From Squalus acanthias (lineage: Eukaryota), in contig CM059433.1 in the NCBI GenBank assembly GCA_030390025.1, positions 6,014,001 to 6,078,000 on the forward strand: 64,000 nt of DNA, written 5' to 3'. Shown piece by piece: positions 25,625 to 36,509 of the stretch (within the stretch, counting starts at the first letter, position 1; the number at the start of each line of letters is the position of its first letter). The position numbers and the translations under genes were made by a program. The notes under the pieces were generated by a model. It was not told the DNA's origin. It did no database searches and worked only from the letters and a program-made list of their open reading frames with translations.

Positions 25625-26559
25625 GTACATTAGATGTTCCTTCAATGTAACAATAGAATATAAAACAACCCTTCGCTGTTTGACCTGTCTTATTTGAAAC
25701 TACCTGTATAGAGAGACACACTGGCCACAGAATTCCACCATTGTCAATCCCAGCGGTTGTGCCAGGATTGTGCTCATTGTGCCCTCCATAACTGACCCAG
25801 CTGAAGTTTGTGAGATCAGTGGGAGGGCTCCTCATTCGCATGTTGCTGGGGGCCAGAAGTGGCCAGAAGTGCCACATGGGCTATTTCTTTGGTGCTCACA
25901 GGCTCTGTTCACCCAGAATCTGGAGAGGCTGCCCACACATGGTGGTGGGGGTGGGGTGGGATGCCAAATTCGTGTTCAGACTGCAGCCTTTGAATTGTCT
26001 TTTGAAAGTAAAGGCTCTTTGCCAGGCCTGAACCCACTGTTGGAGTCCACATGCACCCTTGTGGAAGCCGATACACTTCATCCCTCTCAGCTTACAGGCT
26101 GCTACTGGAATGCTGGGTCCTGACTGAGGCTCGATTCTCTTTAGAGCAGAGAATGTTAAGAGGAGATTTGATAAATGTGTTCAAAATCATGAATGGTTTT
26201 GATGGAGCCAATAAGGAGAAACTGTTTCCAGGGGGAGAAGGATGTAAACAGAGGACGCAGATTTAAGGTGATTGGCAACAGAACCAGAGGCGACATGAGG
26301 AAACAAGTATTTCTCCAATTCTCTTTTGAATGTTACTATTGAATCTGCTTCCAACACCCTTTCAGGCAGTGCATTCCAAGGCATGATGGGCTGAATGACC
26401 TCCTTCTGTGCTATATCATTCATGATTTAACATATCACATGAGTGTCTTCCACACCCAGCACCCTCGCTCTCCCCCACCTGTAACTCTGAGTCACCATGA
26501 GCAATGCCACAGGTGATCTTCTAGTAGAATGCTGTAACACTGTTTTTCTTTGTCTGCAG

Positions 26560-26734
26560 ATACAATTCTTCCTGTCACTTCACCTTGGGGACTCGTTGGA
26601 TCCTTGGTAAATGGCACAATACAACCGGAATTCAGGGTATTTCTTTTCCTAGCTTCTGAACTCACCAGTCCACCTGAACCAACGGATCCATCAGTTAAAC
26701 TAGGAGCATTTCCTACTGCCTCGTTCTATATCAA
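26560..26734 (+). CDS. HEBP2-like: SOUL/HEBP2-like coding exon 3
   Basis: Acceptor tttttctttgtctgcAG. Encodes DTILPVTSPWGLVGSLVNGTIQPEFRVFLFLASELTSPPEPTDPSVKLGAFPTASFYIK, with an MTAPV-like VTSPW and the SOUL PP.P.D..V motif. Donor AA|GTGAGT, phase 2. Confidence 0.92.
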
Positions 26735-27144
26735 GTGAGTTTAGTTGGTGATATATTGTGATTGATATTTCTTTACATCAGCTATTTCGCCAACATCACT
26801 CAAACTGTAGTAAGACTGTGATTAACGGGCTGGTCCAGTCAGGTGGGGACGTTGGCCAACATTAATCGTGTAATAAGTTGGTTCATGTCTCACAACCTTC
26901 AGTTCCTTCTTCTGAGGCCACGGCCGGACCTCCACACTCACATCACTCAGGTTCATCCGGAGCACAGGACATGGCAGACCCACAATTCCTCGGGACACGA
27001 TCCCAGGATGGGAATTCCAAACCTTGTACCTAAAGTAGTTGGGCTTTTCTCTGCTGGAATGTCCCTTGAGTACAGACTCCTCTATTGTAACAATAATAGG
27101 GCTGGCTCCTGGTTTTCACACATTCTCACATACACCACATTCTG

Positions 27145-28157
27145 GGAGTTATTTTGGCCAAAGGGTGAAAACAGGTGCTAAATGGGCGCAGTGCAAATAA
27201 GACTAGCCTGTTTGAAAGTTCTGATTTAGAACACAATTTTGTTCCTAATTGCTGATTACCATAATTTGAACTTGCCTGGAGGCAGTAAAACAGAAACCTG
27301 CAGGTTTAGCATCAAGTGCTGATTAGACACAATTTTCGTGGAGCAGTGTATGTGAGCTCCTCACACCCACTTCCACTGAAGGTGGGGAGAGCTCTGGTTG
27401 GCACACAGCAGCACATTGCCGGATGGCTCAGGGGCCGAGGGAGAGGGTGCACAGGTTCTCGGATGTGACACCGGAGATCGGGGTGGAGGAGGTCCAGAGG
27501 AGGAGGGATGTCCTTTACCCACAGGGGGGATGGACGCCACCTCGCCTTCCTGTCCATCTCTTCTCCAGCAGCTGGTGCTGCTCTGACTGGCCTCATGTCC
27601 TCCTCCCATTCCTCGTCCAGACCAAGAGGCTGCCCTAGCAGATGCCCAGGACCAAGCACTCCCTTTCTCCTGGTGACTCCTGTAAGGTGTCCAATAAAGT
27701 GGATCAGCACAGCACTTACACTTGTTAGCTGAAGTGCTCTGAGAATTTCTGGAATAAATGTTACTCGAGTGTTGGTGAAGTCTTGACAAAGTGTCCCAGA
27801 AAGTCTCCCAATGTGTTTCAGAGGTCCTCTTCACAACTCCAGCAGCAATGAACATGAAATGGTGAGTATCCCTTTAAGTAGTGCTTGAACTCACCATCAA
27901 CGCCATGTTTACTCCCGAACAACCGTTCGCTGTCAGGAGAGGGCGTTAGTTGAAGCACTAGCCACTAAAATGCCGTGTAGCCTCTTTAATGAGCGCAAAC
28001 GGGTTTTTTTAAAATGGCAATCAGTTGTTTAACGAGCCTCTGGGCGGCAGTTTCTAAAGCTGGCTTCAACTCCATTACCAAGATGGTGTCTCAGCTCAAG
28101 ATGGTGGTCAACTCGGAAGTTCATTAGCGCCTGAACGCATTGCTACAAATCACCCCC
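27145..28157. mobile_element. Internally deleted Harbinger-like element with a Myb/SANT 5' end at 27423(+)
   Basis: MAQGPRERVHRFSDVTPEIGVEEVQRRRDVLYPQGG matches the other Myb relics. Degenerate GGGG..ATTT-type termini. Confidence 0.6.
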
Positions 28158-28269
28158 AGTAAGTTATATGGATGGGAGCAGGAAGTTACAGAGGAACATA
28201 AACAGATTAAGTGAGTGGGCGAAACTATGGCAGAAAGAGTTTCATGTGAGCAAGTGTGAAGTCATCCAT

Positions 28270-31200
28270 AGAGTCATAGAGTCATAACGGCATTGATGGA
28301 GGCCATTCGGCCCAACGAGTCCGTGCTGGCTCTCTATAGAGCGATCCAGTCAGTCCCATTCCCCCGCTCTATACCCGTAGCCCTGCAAGTTTATTTCCCT
28401 CAAGTGCCTATCCAATCTCCCCTTGAAAACATTGAGTCTCTCCGCTTCCACCACTTCCGTCGGCAGCGAATTCCAGGTCATCACCACTCGCTGTGTAAAA
28501 ATGTTTTTCCTCATATCCCCCCTATATCTCTTGCCCAAAGCCTTAAATCTGTGTCCCCTAGTCCTTGTACCATCAACTAGTGGGAACATCCTTTCCCCGT
28601 CTAGCTTATCCAAACCCGTCATAATCTTGTACACCTCTATCAAATCACCTCTCAACCTCCTTTGCTCTAATGAAAACAAATCCAGCTTCTCCAACCTGTC
28701 CTTGTAGCTAAGATCCCTATCCCCAGAACCATTCTGGTAAATCTCCTCTGCACCCTTTCAAGGGCCTTCACATCCTTCCTAAAGTGTGGTGACCAGAACT
28801 GGATGCAATATTCCAGTTGTGGCCCAACCAGCGCTCTATAAAGGTTCAGCATAACTTCTCTACTTTTGTACTCAATACCTCTATTTATGAAGCCCAAGAT
28901 CCCATATGCTTTGTTAACCACTCTCTCAATATGTCCCGCCACCTTCAGAGACCTATGCACATTAACTCCCAGGTCCCTCTGTCCCTGCACACTCTTTAAA
29001 ACTGTGCCATTAAGTGTATATTGCCTCTCCCTGTTCCTTCTGCCAAAATGCATCACCTCACACGTCTCTGTATTAAATTCCATCTGCCACTTGTCTGCCC
29101 ATTCTGCTAGCCTTTCTATGTCCTGTTGCAGTCGATTGGTATCATCCTCACTGTTTGCCACACCCCCAAGTTTGGTGTCATCGGCAAATTTAGAAATTCC
29201 ACTCTATATTCCAATATCCAATTCATTTATATATATGTCAAAAAAAGCAGCGGCCCGAGCACTGACCCTCGGGGAACACCACTGTCTACCATCCTCCAGT
29301 CTGAAAAACAGCCATTTACCACAACTCACTGTTTTCTGTCCTTAAGCCAATTCCTTATCCAAGCTGCCACTGACCCACCTATTCCATGAGCCTCAATTTT
29401 GTTAACCAGCCTTCTATGTGGTACTTTGTCAAACAGCTTCCAAAAATCCATGTAGACAACATCCATTGCATTCCCTTCATCAATCCTCTCTGTTACTTCA
29501 TCAAAAAGTTCAATTAGATTAGTCAAACACAATCTGCCTTTTACAAATCCGTGTTGGCTCTCCTTAATTAGCTTAAACCTCTCCAAGTGCCCGTTAATTT
29601 TTTCCTTGATTATTGTTTCTAAACCTTTACCCACCACTGATGTTAAACTGACCGGCCTATAGTTCCTAGAATTGTTCTTACACCCTTTCTTAAATAATGG
29701 TGTCACATTTGCCACTTTCCAATCCTCAGACACCTCCCCCACATCTAGGGAAGGTTGGAAAATTATGGCAAGCCCTTCCGCTATCTCCTCCCTCAATTCC
29801 CTTAGCAACCTGGGATGAAAACCATCTGGACCAGGTGACTTGTCCACTCTGAGCATACCCAGCCTATCTGGTACATCCTGTCTATCAATTTTCACCCCTT
29901 CCACCTTTTACCTTTTCCACTTCTACCGATATTTTGTCAGCATCCACCTCCTTAGTAAACACCGATACAAAGTACTCATTGACTATTCTAGCCTTGCCCT
30001 GCGCCTCTAAGCATAAATCACCTTCTTTGTCTCTAATAGGCCCCACCCCACCAGTTACTACCCGCTCACTGTTTACATGCTGGTAGAAGATTTTTGGGCT
30101 CCCTTTTATGTTAACCGCCATTCTACTCTCATATTCTCTCTTTGCCAATCTTATTTTCATCTTCACATCCCCTCTCAACTTATTGTATTTGGTCTGGTTC
30201 TCCCTTGAAGAATTTACCTGATATGCATCATACACCCTCTTTTTTTGTTTCATCATCTTCTCTATCTCCCTCGTCATCCAAGGAGCCCTTGCTTCGGTTC
30301 CCTTACCCTTCCCTCTTGTTGGAATGTACCTAGCCTGTACTTGGAACATCTCTTCCTTAGAGATCTCCCATTGTTCCGTTACAGTTTTTCCTGTCAGTCT
30401 TTGGTTCCATTTTACCTGGCTAGATCCTTTTGCATCCCATTGAAGTTAGCCCTATTCCAGTTTAGAAGTTCCGCTCTAGATTGTTCCTTGCTCCTCTTGA
30501 TTGCTAATCTAAATCTTATGATACGATGATCACTCGTATCCAAGTGTTCTCCCACAGACACTTGGTCGACCTGGCCCACCTCATTCCCCAGCACCAGATC
30601 CAGCAATGCCTCCTTTCTTGTTGGGCCAAGAACATATTGGTCAAGGAAATTCCCCTGAACACATTTCAGAAATTCCTCCCCCTCCTTTCCCGTTACCCTA
30701 GCATTATCTGTAAGAGGTGCGGAATTACCCCTCGCCCCGTCCAACACCTTATAGAGTTCGGACTTGAGACTTATGAGAAATTACACCAGACACACGGGTT
30801 CTGTCTTTAAACTTTTATTGTTCCTAAGACAGATTTAAAACCCCGACCACTATTTGAGCAGTCCACCAATAATATTACAAGAAATCATACATACAACCAC
30901 CCGCCGATGATCAGTCCAGCGTTGATTGTAGGTCCTCGTACTCCCCAGAGGAGCCATTGCCCTCACCAGTACTCAGAACAGAATACTGGTTGGAGAACGC
31001 AATGCACTCCGGGGACTCCTGCAATACCTGCCTGGTCCTCCTCTTCTGTCTGGCGGTCACCCATTCCCTCTCTGCCTGCATACTCTTAAGCTGCGGGGTG
31101 ACCACCTCCCAGAAACGTGCTATCCATGTAACTCTCAGCCTCGGGGATGCACCGCAGTGACTCCAGCCGCCGCTCAAGCTCCGAAACCCGGAGCTCGAGT

Positions 31201-31430
31201 TGCTGTAGCTGGCGACATGTCCCGCACATGTGGGCGTCCAGGCTACGCAAAGCATCCAGGACTTCCCACATGGCACAGGATGTGCATTCCACGGGACTGA
31301 GCTGCCCTGCCATGCCTCTATTTAAGAGACTAAGAACTAACCCAGCAAAAATAAACTTAAAACTTAACATAAAACACACCCCAGCTACTCACTAATCAGC
31401 TCTTTCCCTCTATTTAATAGGCTATTAACT
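28270..31430 (-). mobile_element. Long CR1 LINE (ORF1 start plus most of ORF2, internal deletion) in intron 3
   Basis: ORF1 MAGQLSPVECTSCAMWEV...C..C.QLQQLELRV (Zn-finger/leucine zipper). ORF2 LLDLVLGN, SPGPDG, NYRPVSLTS and LEYCIQFW in successive frames. Confidence 0.92.
30709..30905 (-). mobile_element. Possible LTR end fragment inside CR1
   Basis: Non-CR1 sequence beginning TGTAAG on plus, with AATAAA on minus. No second terminus or TSD found. Confidence 0.35.
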
Positions 31431-31473
31431 TCTCTTCGCTTCTTAGGTAGTCCCTCGGAACCGCACTAAAAAT

Positions 31474-32052
31474 GAGTTCTCAGGTGACTGATGAGTCCAA
31501 TGCGGGACCTACAGTCTCTGTCACAGGTGGGGCAGACGGTGGTTGAAGGGGCAGGTGGGTGGGGTGCTTGGGTTGACGTGCGCTCCTTCCGCTGTTTGCG
31601 CTTGGCTTCCGCTTGATCCCGGCGAAGAGACTCGAGGTGTTCGCCGCCTTCCCAGATGCTTCTCCTCCACTTTGAGCTTTGGGCCAGGGATTCCCAGTAG
31701 TCGGTGGGGATGTTGCATTTTTTTTAAGGAGGCTTTGAGGGTGTCCTTGAAGCGTTTCCTCTGCCCACCTGGGGCTCTCCTGCCATGTCGGAGCTCCGAG
31801 TTGAGCACTTGTTTTGGGAGTCTCGTATCGGGCATGCGGACGATGCTGGGATGTTGGCCTGAGCGAGAACACTAACGTTGGTGCGCCTATCCTGCTAATG
31901 GATTTGCAGGATCTTGTGGAGGCAGCGTTGGTGGTATCTCTCCAGTGCTTTGAGGTACCTGCTCTACATGGTCCATGTCTCTGAAGCATACAGGAGAGCG
32001 GGCATCACTACTGCTCTGTAGACCATGAGCTTGGTGCCGGGTTTGAGGTCCA
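31474..32052 (-). mobile_element. RTE-clade LINE 3' fragment
   Basis: MPDTRLPKQVLNSELRHGRRAPGGQRKRFKDTLKASLK, typical of the RTE C-terminus. Confidence 0.85.
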
Positions 32053-32477
32053 CGGCTTAGAGGGTTAAATTCTGAGGATAGGTTGCATAAACTTGTCTTT
32101 TCCTGAGTGTGATTGAGGGGTGATCAGACTGAGGTGCTTAAAATGTTAATAGGATTCAATAGGGTAGATACAGAGAAACTATTTCCTCTAATGGGAGAAT
32201 CTAGAACGAGGGGATATCAACTTAAAATTAGAGCTAGGCCATTCAGGAACAACATCAGGAAGCACTTTTTCACACAAAAGGGAGCAGTAATTTGGAACTC
32301 TCTCCCCCAGAAGGCTGTGGATGTTGGGTCAATTGGAAGTTTCAAGTCTGAGGTTGATAGATTTTTGTTGGGTAAGGGTATCAAGGGATATGGAGCTAAG
32401 ATGGGTAAATGGAGATAACAACAGAAAACGCTGGAAAAACTCAGCAGGCCAGGCAGCATCCGTGGAGAGAGAAAGAG

Positions 32478-32514
32478 AGTTGACGTTTCAGGTCGATGAC
32501 CTTTCATCAGAACT
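32478..32514 (-). ncRNA. Minimal hammerhead ribozyme in the 3' pLTR of the intact PLE
   Basis: Exact reverse complement of 36035-36071. Confidence 0.88.
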
Positions 32515-32790
32515 GGGAAGAGCTGGAAATCAAATAGATTTAAGGCCAGGGTAAAGCTGGGAAAAGGGGGAGGGGATAAAGGAACAAAAGAGGAGATGAA
32601 GAGACATTAAGAGACATTAAGAGATATGCAAGGCTAGAGGTGGTGTTAATGTGACAGATTAAGGCTGAATGAAGTGTGAAATCTACTGGCAGAATGAAGG
32701 ACAGCTGCCAGCTTCTAGGAGGAAAAAAAAGGTGGGGGGGACAAATAAAAGGGTGGATAAAATAAAATATAAATGTGATTGGAGCTGAGG

Positions 32791-35541
32791 TTATGATCTA
32801 AAATTGTTGAACTCGATATTGAGTCCAGAGGGCTGTAGCGTGCCTAAACGAAAGATGAGGTGCTGTTCCTCGAGCTTACGCTGAGCTTCCGTGGAACAGT
32901 GTATTAGGCCGAGGACGGTGAGGTCAGAGTGGGAGTGAAGCGGTGAATTAAAGTGACAGGCCACCGGGAGCTCGGGGTCCCCCTTACGGACTGAACGGAG
33001 GTGTTCCGCAAAGCGGTCACCCAATCTGCGTTTGGTCTCCCCAATGTAGAGGAGTCCACATCGTGAGCAGCGAATACAGTATACTAAATTGCAGGAAGTA
33101 CAAGTAAATCGCTGTTTCACCTGGAAGGGGTGTTTGGGGCCCTGGACAGTGGGAAGAGGGGAGGTATAAGGGCATGTGTTGCATCTCCTGCGCGTGCACG
33201 GGAAGGTGCCGGGCGAAGGGGAAGGGGTGCTGGGGGTGGTAGAGGAGTGGACTAGGGTGTCGCGGAGGGAGCGGTCCCTGCGGAATGCTGAAAGGGGAGG
33301 TGAGGGGAAGATGTGTTTGGTGGTGGGATCACGCTGGAGGTGGCGGAAATGGCGGAGGATGATCCGTTGAATGTGGAGGCTGGTGGGGTGAAAGGTGAGG
33401 ACAAGGGGAACCCTATCGTGGTTCCGGGAGGGAGGGGCAGGGGTGAGGGCAGATGTGCGGGAGATAGAACGGACACGGTCGAGGGCCGTGTCGACCACGG
33501 TAGAGGGGAATCCTCGGTTGAGGAAAAAGGAAGACATGTCGGAAGCACTGGTATGGAAGGTGGCATCATCAGAGCAGATGCGGCGGAGACGGAGAAACTG
33601 GGAGAATGGAATAGAGTCCTTACTGGAGGCGGGGTGGGAGGAAGTGTAGTCCAGGTAGCTGTGGGAGTCGGTGGGCTTGTAGTGAATGTTAGTCAATAAC
33701 CTATCCCCAGAGATGGAGATGGAGAAGTCGAGGAAGGGAAGAGAAGAGTCGGAGATGGACCATGTGAAGGTGAGGGAAGGGTGGAAATTGGAAGCATAGT
33801 GAATGAAATGTTCTAGTTCAGGGCGAGAGCAGGAGACGGCACCGATACAGTCATCAATGTACCGGAAAAAGAGGTGAGGGAGGGGACCCGAGTAGGACTG
33901 GAACAAAGAGTGTTCCACATATCCCACGAAAAGGCAGGCATAGCTAGGACCCATGCGGGTACCCATAGCAACACCTTTAATTTGGAGGAAATGGGTAGAG
34001 TCAAAGGAGAAGTTGTTCAATGTGAGAACAAGTTCAGCCAGGCGGAGGAGGGTGGTGGTGGATGGGGACTGGTTGGGCCTCTGTTCAAGGAAGAAGCGGA
34101 GCGCCCTCAGGCCATCCTGGTGGGGAATGGAGGTGTAGAGGGATTGTACGTCCATAGTGAAGAGGAGACGGTTGGGGCCGGGAAACTGGAAACTGTTAAA
34201 ATGGCGGAGGGCATCGGAAGAGTCGCGGATGTAGGTGGGAAGAGACTGGACAAGGGGAGAAAAAATAGAGTCGAGATAGGAAGAGATAAGTTCCGTGGGG
34301 CAAGAACAGGCTGAAACGATGGGTCTACCGGGGCAGTCCTGTTTGTGGATCTTGGGAAGGAGGTAGAAGCGGGCTGTGCGGGGTTGGGGAACTATGAGGT
34401 TGGCGGCCGTGGGGGGAAGATCTCCAGAGGAGATGAGGTCAGTGACAGTCTTGGACACGGTGGCTTGATGTTCGGTAGTGGGGTCATGGTCCAGGTGGAG
34501 GTAGGAGGAGGTGTCAGAGAGTTGGCGTTCAACTTCCGCTAGGTAGAGGTCGGTTCGCCAAACAACAACAGCGCCACCCTTGTCAGCAGGTTTAATGACA
34601 ATGTCAGGGTTGGATCGGAGAGAATGGAGTGCTGCAAGTTCAGAGGGAGGTAGGTTGGAGTGAGTGAGGGGAGCAGAGAAATTGAGCTGGCCGATGTCAC
34701 GGCGGCAGTTGGCAATGAAAAGATCAAGAGAGGGTAAGAGGCCAGAGGGAGGGGTCCAGGTGGAACGAGAATTCTGAAAGCGGGAGAAAGGGTCAGCCGT
34801 GCGGGGGGAAGACTCCTGGCCAGAGAAGTGGGCACGGAGACGGAGGCGGCGGAAAAAGAGCTCAGCATCGTGCCGAGCTCGAAATTCATTGAGATGGGGG
34901 CGTAAGGGGATGAAGCTCAGGCCTTTGCTGAGGACTGATCGTTCGGAGTCAGAGAGGGGAAGGTCAGAGGGGATAGTGAAAACGCGGCAGGGGGTGAGAT
35001 TGGGAGAAGGGGGGTCAGAGGAAAGTGAAGGGGAAGAAGGTTCCGGAGGGGCTTTAGTGTCCAAGAGTTGTTGAAGCTTGCGATCCTTGACATCGGAAAG
35101 GAAGAAGAAAAGTTTTTTGTTGAAGCGTCGGATGAGTCTAAGGATGAAATGGAACTGTGGACCCGGACAGCTTTGAGATAGAGTGCGTCGGTGCTGCTGA
35201 AGAGAGATGTCGAGAGTGTTCATGTGGCGCCGCATGGCATTGAGCGTGGATCTCAAGATGCGGCGAGAGCAGTAGTTCGAGGAACGATGAATATCTTGGA
35301 GATATTTGTAATCCTGGGTGGATCCGAAACACGAAGGGTGGAAGTTTAGTTGGAATCCACGTGGGATAAGTCGGAACCGGAGACAGTTGCTGAGGAAAGT
35401 AATGTGGCTGTGAAACCGAGTCTTGGCAGATACCTGATCAAACACGAGAAGGGAAACTGAAATCAATGAAGATGAACAAGGTTGAAGAGCCAAACGGAAA
35501 TCCCGTCGAAGAGAAGAGCAGAACTTCTTCAAGGTAGGCAT
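32791..35541 (-). CDS. Penelope-like reverse transcriptase + GIY-YIG endonuclease (916 aa from the probable ATG, MPTLKKF...)
   Basis: RT motifs LFTMDVQSLYTSI, KGVAMGTRMGPSYA and FRYIDD. Cys linker CTRRRCNTC. GIY-YIG region LVYCIRCSRCGLLYIGETKR...R..EH and terminal PSGLN. No stops or frameshifts. Confidence 0.93.
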   Translation of the reverse strand: MPTLKKFCSSLRRDFRLALQPCSSSLISVSLLVFDQVSAKTRFHSHITFLSNCLRFRLIPRGFQLNFHPSCFGSTQDYKYLQDIHRSSNYCSRRILRSTLNAMRRHMNTLDISLQQHRRTLSQSCPGPQFHFILRLIRRFNKKLFFFLSDVKDRKLQQLLDTKAPPEPSSPSLSSDPPSPNLTPCRVFTIPSDLPLSDSERSVLSKGLSFIPLRPHLNEFRARHDAELFFRRLRLRAHFSGQESSPRTADPFSRFQNSRSTWTPPSGLLPSLDLFIANCRRDIGQLNFSAPLTHSNLPPSELAALHSLRSNPDIVIKPADKGGAVVVWRTDLYLAEVERQLSDTSSYLHLDHDPTTEHQATVSKTVTDLISSGDLPPTAANLIVPQPRTARFYLLPKIHKQDCPGRPIVSACSCPTELISSYLDSIFSPLVQSLPTYIRDSSDALRHFNSFQFPGPNRLLFTMDVQSLYTSIPHQDGLRALRFFLEQRPNQSPSTTTLLRLAELVLTLNNFSFDSTHFLQIKGVAMGTRMGPSYACLFVGYVEHSLFQSYSGPLPHLFFRYIDDCIGAVSCSRPELEHFIHYASNFHPSLTFTWSISDSSLPFLDFSISISGDRLLTNIHYKPTDSHSYLDYTSSHPASSKDSIPFSQFLRLRRICSDDATFHTSASDMSSFFLNRGFPSTVVDTALDRVRSISRTSALTPAPPSRNHDRVPLVLTFHPTSLHIQRIILRHFRHLQRDPTTKHIFPSPPLSAFRRDRSLRDTLVHSSTTPSTPSPSPGTFPCTRRRCNTCPYTSPLPTVQGPKHPFQVKQRFTCTSCNLVYCIRCSRCGLLYIGETKRRLGDRFAEHLRSVRKGDPELPVACHFNSPLHSHSDLTVLGLIHCSTEAQRKLEEQHLIFRLGTLQPSGLNIEFNNFRS

Positions 35542-36034
35542 TCCAAGAAGAGAGGTGGCAGTGAACCAAACACTAATACGATAGCAAAATACTGCAGATG
35601 CTGGAAATCCGAAATAACAACAGAAAACGCTGGAAAAACTCAGCAGGCCAGGCAGCATCCGTGGAGAGAGAAAGAGAGTTGGGCAGCATCCGTGGAGAGA
35701 GAAAGAGAGTTGGGCAGCATCCGGACTCAATATCGAGTTCAACAATTTTAGATCATAACCTCAGCTCCAATCACATTTATATTTTATTTTATCCACCCTT
35801 TTATTTGTCCCCCCCACCTTTTTTTTCCTCCTAGAAGCTGGCAGCTGTCCTTCATTCTGCCAGTAGATTTCACACTTCATTCAGCCTTAATCTGTCACAT
35901 TAACACCACCTCTAGCCTTGCATATCTCTTAATGTCTCTTAATGTCTCTTCATCTCCTCTTTTGTTCCTTTATCCCCTCCCCCTTTTCCCAGCTTTACCC
36001 TGGCCTTAAATCTATTTGATTTCCAGCTCTTCCC

Positions 36035-36071
36035 AGTTCTGATGAAAGGTCATCGACCTGAAACGTCAACT
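36035..36071 (+). ncRNA. Minimal type I hammerhead ribozyme (PLE pLTR)
   Basis: agtt-CTGATGA-a-aggtc(atc)gacct-GAAA-cg-TC-aact. Shows stem I agtt/aact, the catalytic core, stem II, a vestigial palindromic stem III and a GUC cleavage triplet. Confidence 0.88.
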
Positions 36072-36346
36072 CTCTTTCTCTCTCCACGGATGCTGCCTGG
36101 CCTGCTGAGTTTTTCCAGCGTTTTCTGTTGTTATTTCGGATTTCCAGCATCTGCAGTATTTTGCTATCGTATGGGTAAATGGAGTTGAGGTGCAGATCAT
36201 CCAGGATCTAATTGAATGGTGGAACAGGCTCAAGGGGCTGAATGGCCTTCTCCTGTTCCGATCTTCCTTTCAATCTGATTGCTTTTCAAACAAGTTTTGC
36301 CAGGAGGAATAAAAATAAAAAGTCTTCATTCTTAATTCTGTTGCAG

Positions 36347-36509
36347 GGCTTTCGACACCAAAATTGACGACCAACAATACGAAGGACTCATCATTGAATT
36401 CCAGAAGGACTTGGAAGACGACAAACAATCCTTTGATAGGAGTACCTTTTACATAGTTTTGTATAACACAGATGGGCTCATGAGACTAAACTTTAAAAAG
36501 AAAGAATGA
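36347..36509 (+). CDS. HEBP2-like: SOUL/HEBP2-like coding exon 4 (terminal)
   Basis: Acceptor ttctgttgcAG, phase-2 compatible. Encodes AFDTKIDDQQYEGLIIEFQKDLEDDKQSFDRSTFYIVLYNTDGLMRLNFKKKE*, resembling the SOUL C-terminal L.EDG..FD...YY...YN. The spliced CDS totals 600 nt = 199 aa + stop. Confidence 0.88.

Larger units (their letters stand above)
32415..36170 (-). mobile_element. Intact Penelope-like retroelement (Neptune-type) with inverted pseudo-LTR arms
   Basis: 14-bp TSD ATGGGTAAATGGAG at 32401-32414 and 36171-36184, inside a CR1 3' tail. 412-bp inverted arms at 32415-32826 and 35723-36134. Partial tandem pLTR at 35578-35681. Uninterrupted ORF. Confidence 0.95.

Noticed and set aside
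35542..35745. N-terminal 68-aa extension of the PLE ORF (984 aa in the track)
   Set aside because: It starts at TTG in the inverted arm and runs through junction duplications and pLTR sequence. The ATG at 35541 is the more plausible start.
36495..36509. C-terminal KKKE as an ER-retrieval signal
   Set aside because: Dilysine signals act on cytosolic tails of membrane proteins, and no transmembrane segment is evident.
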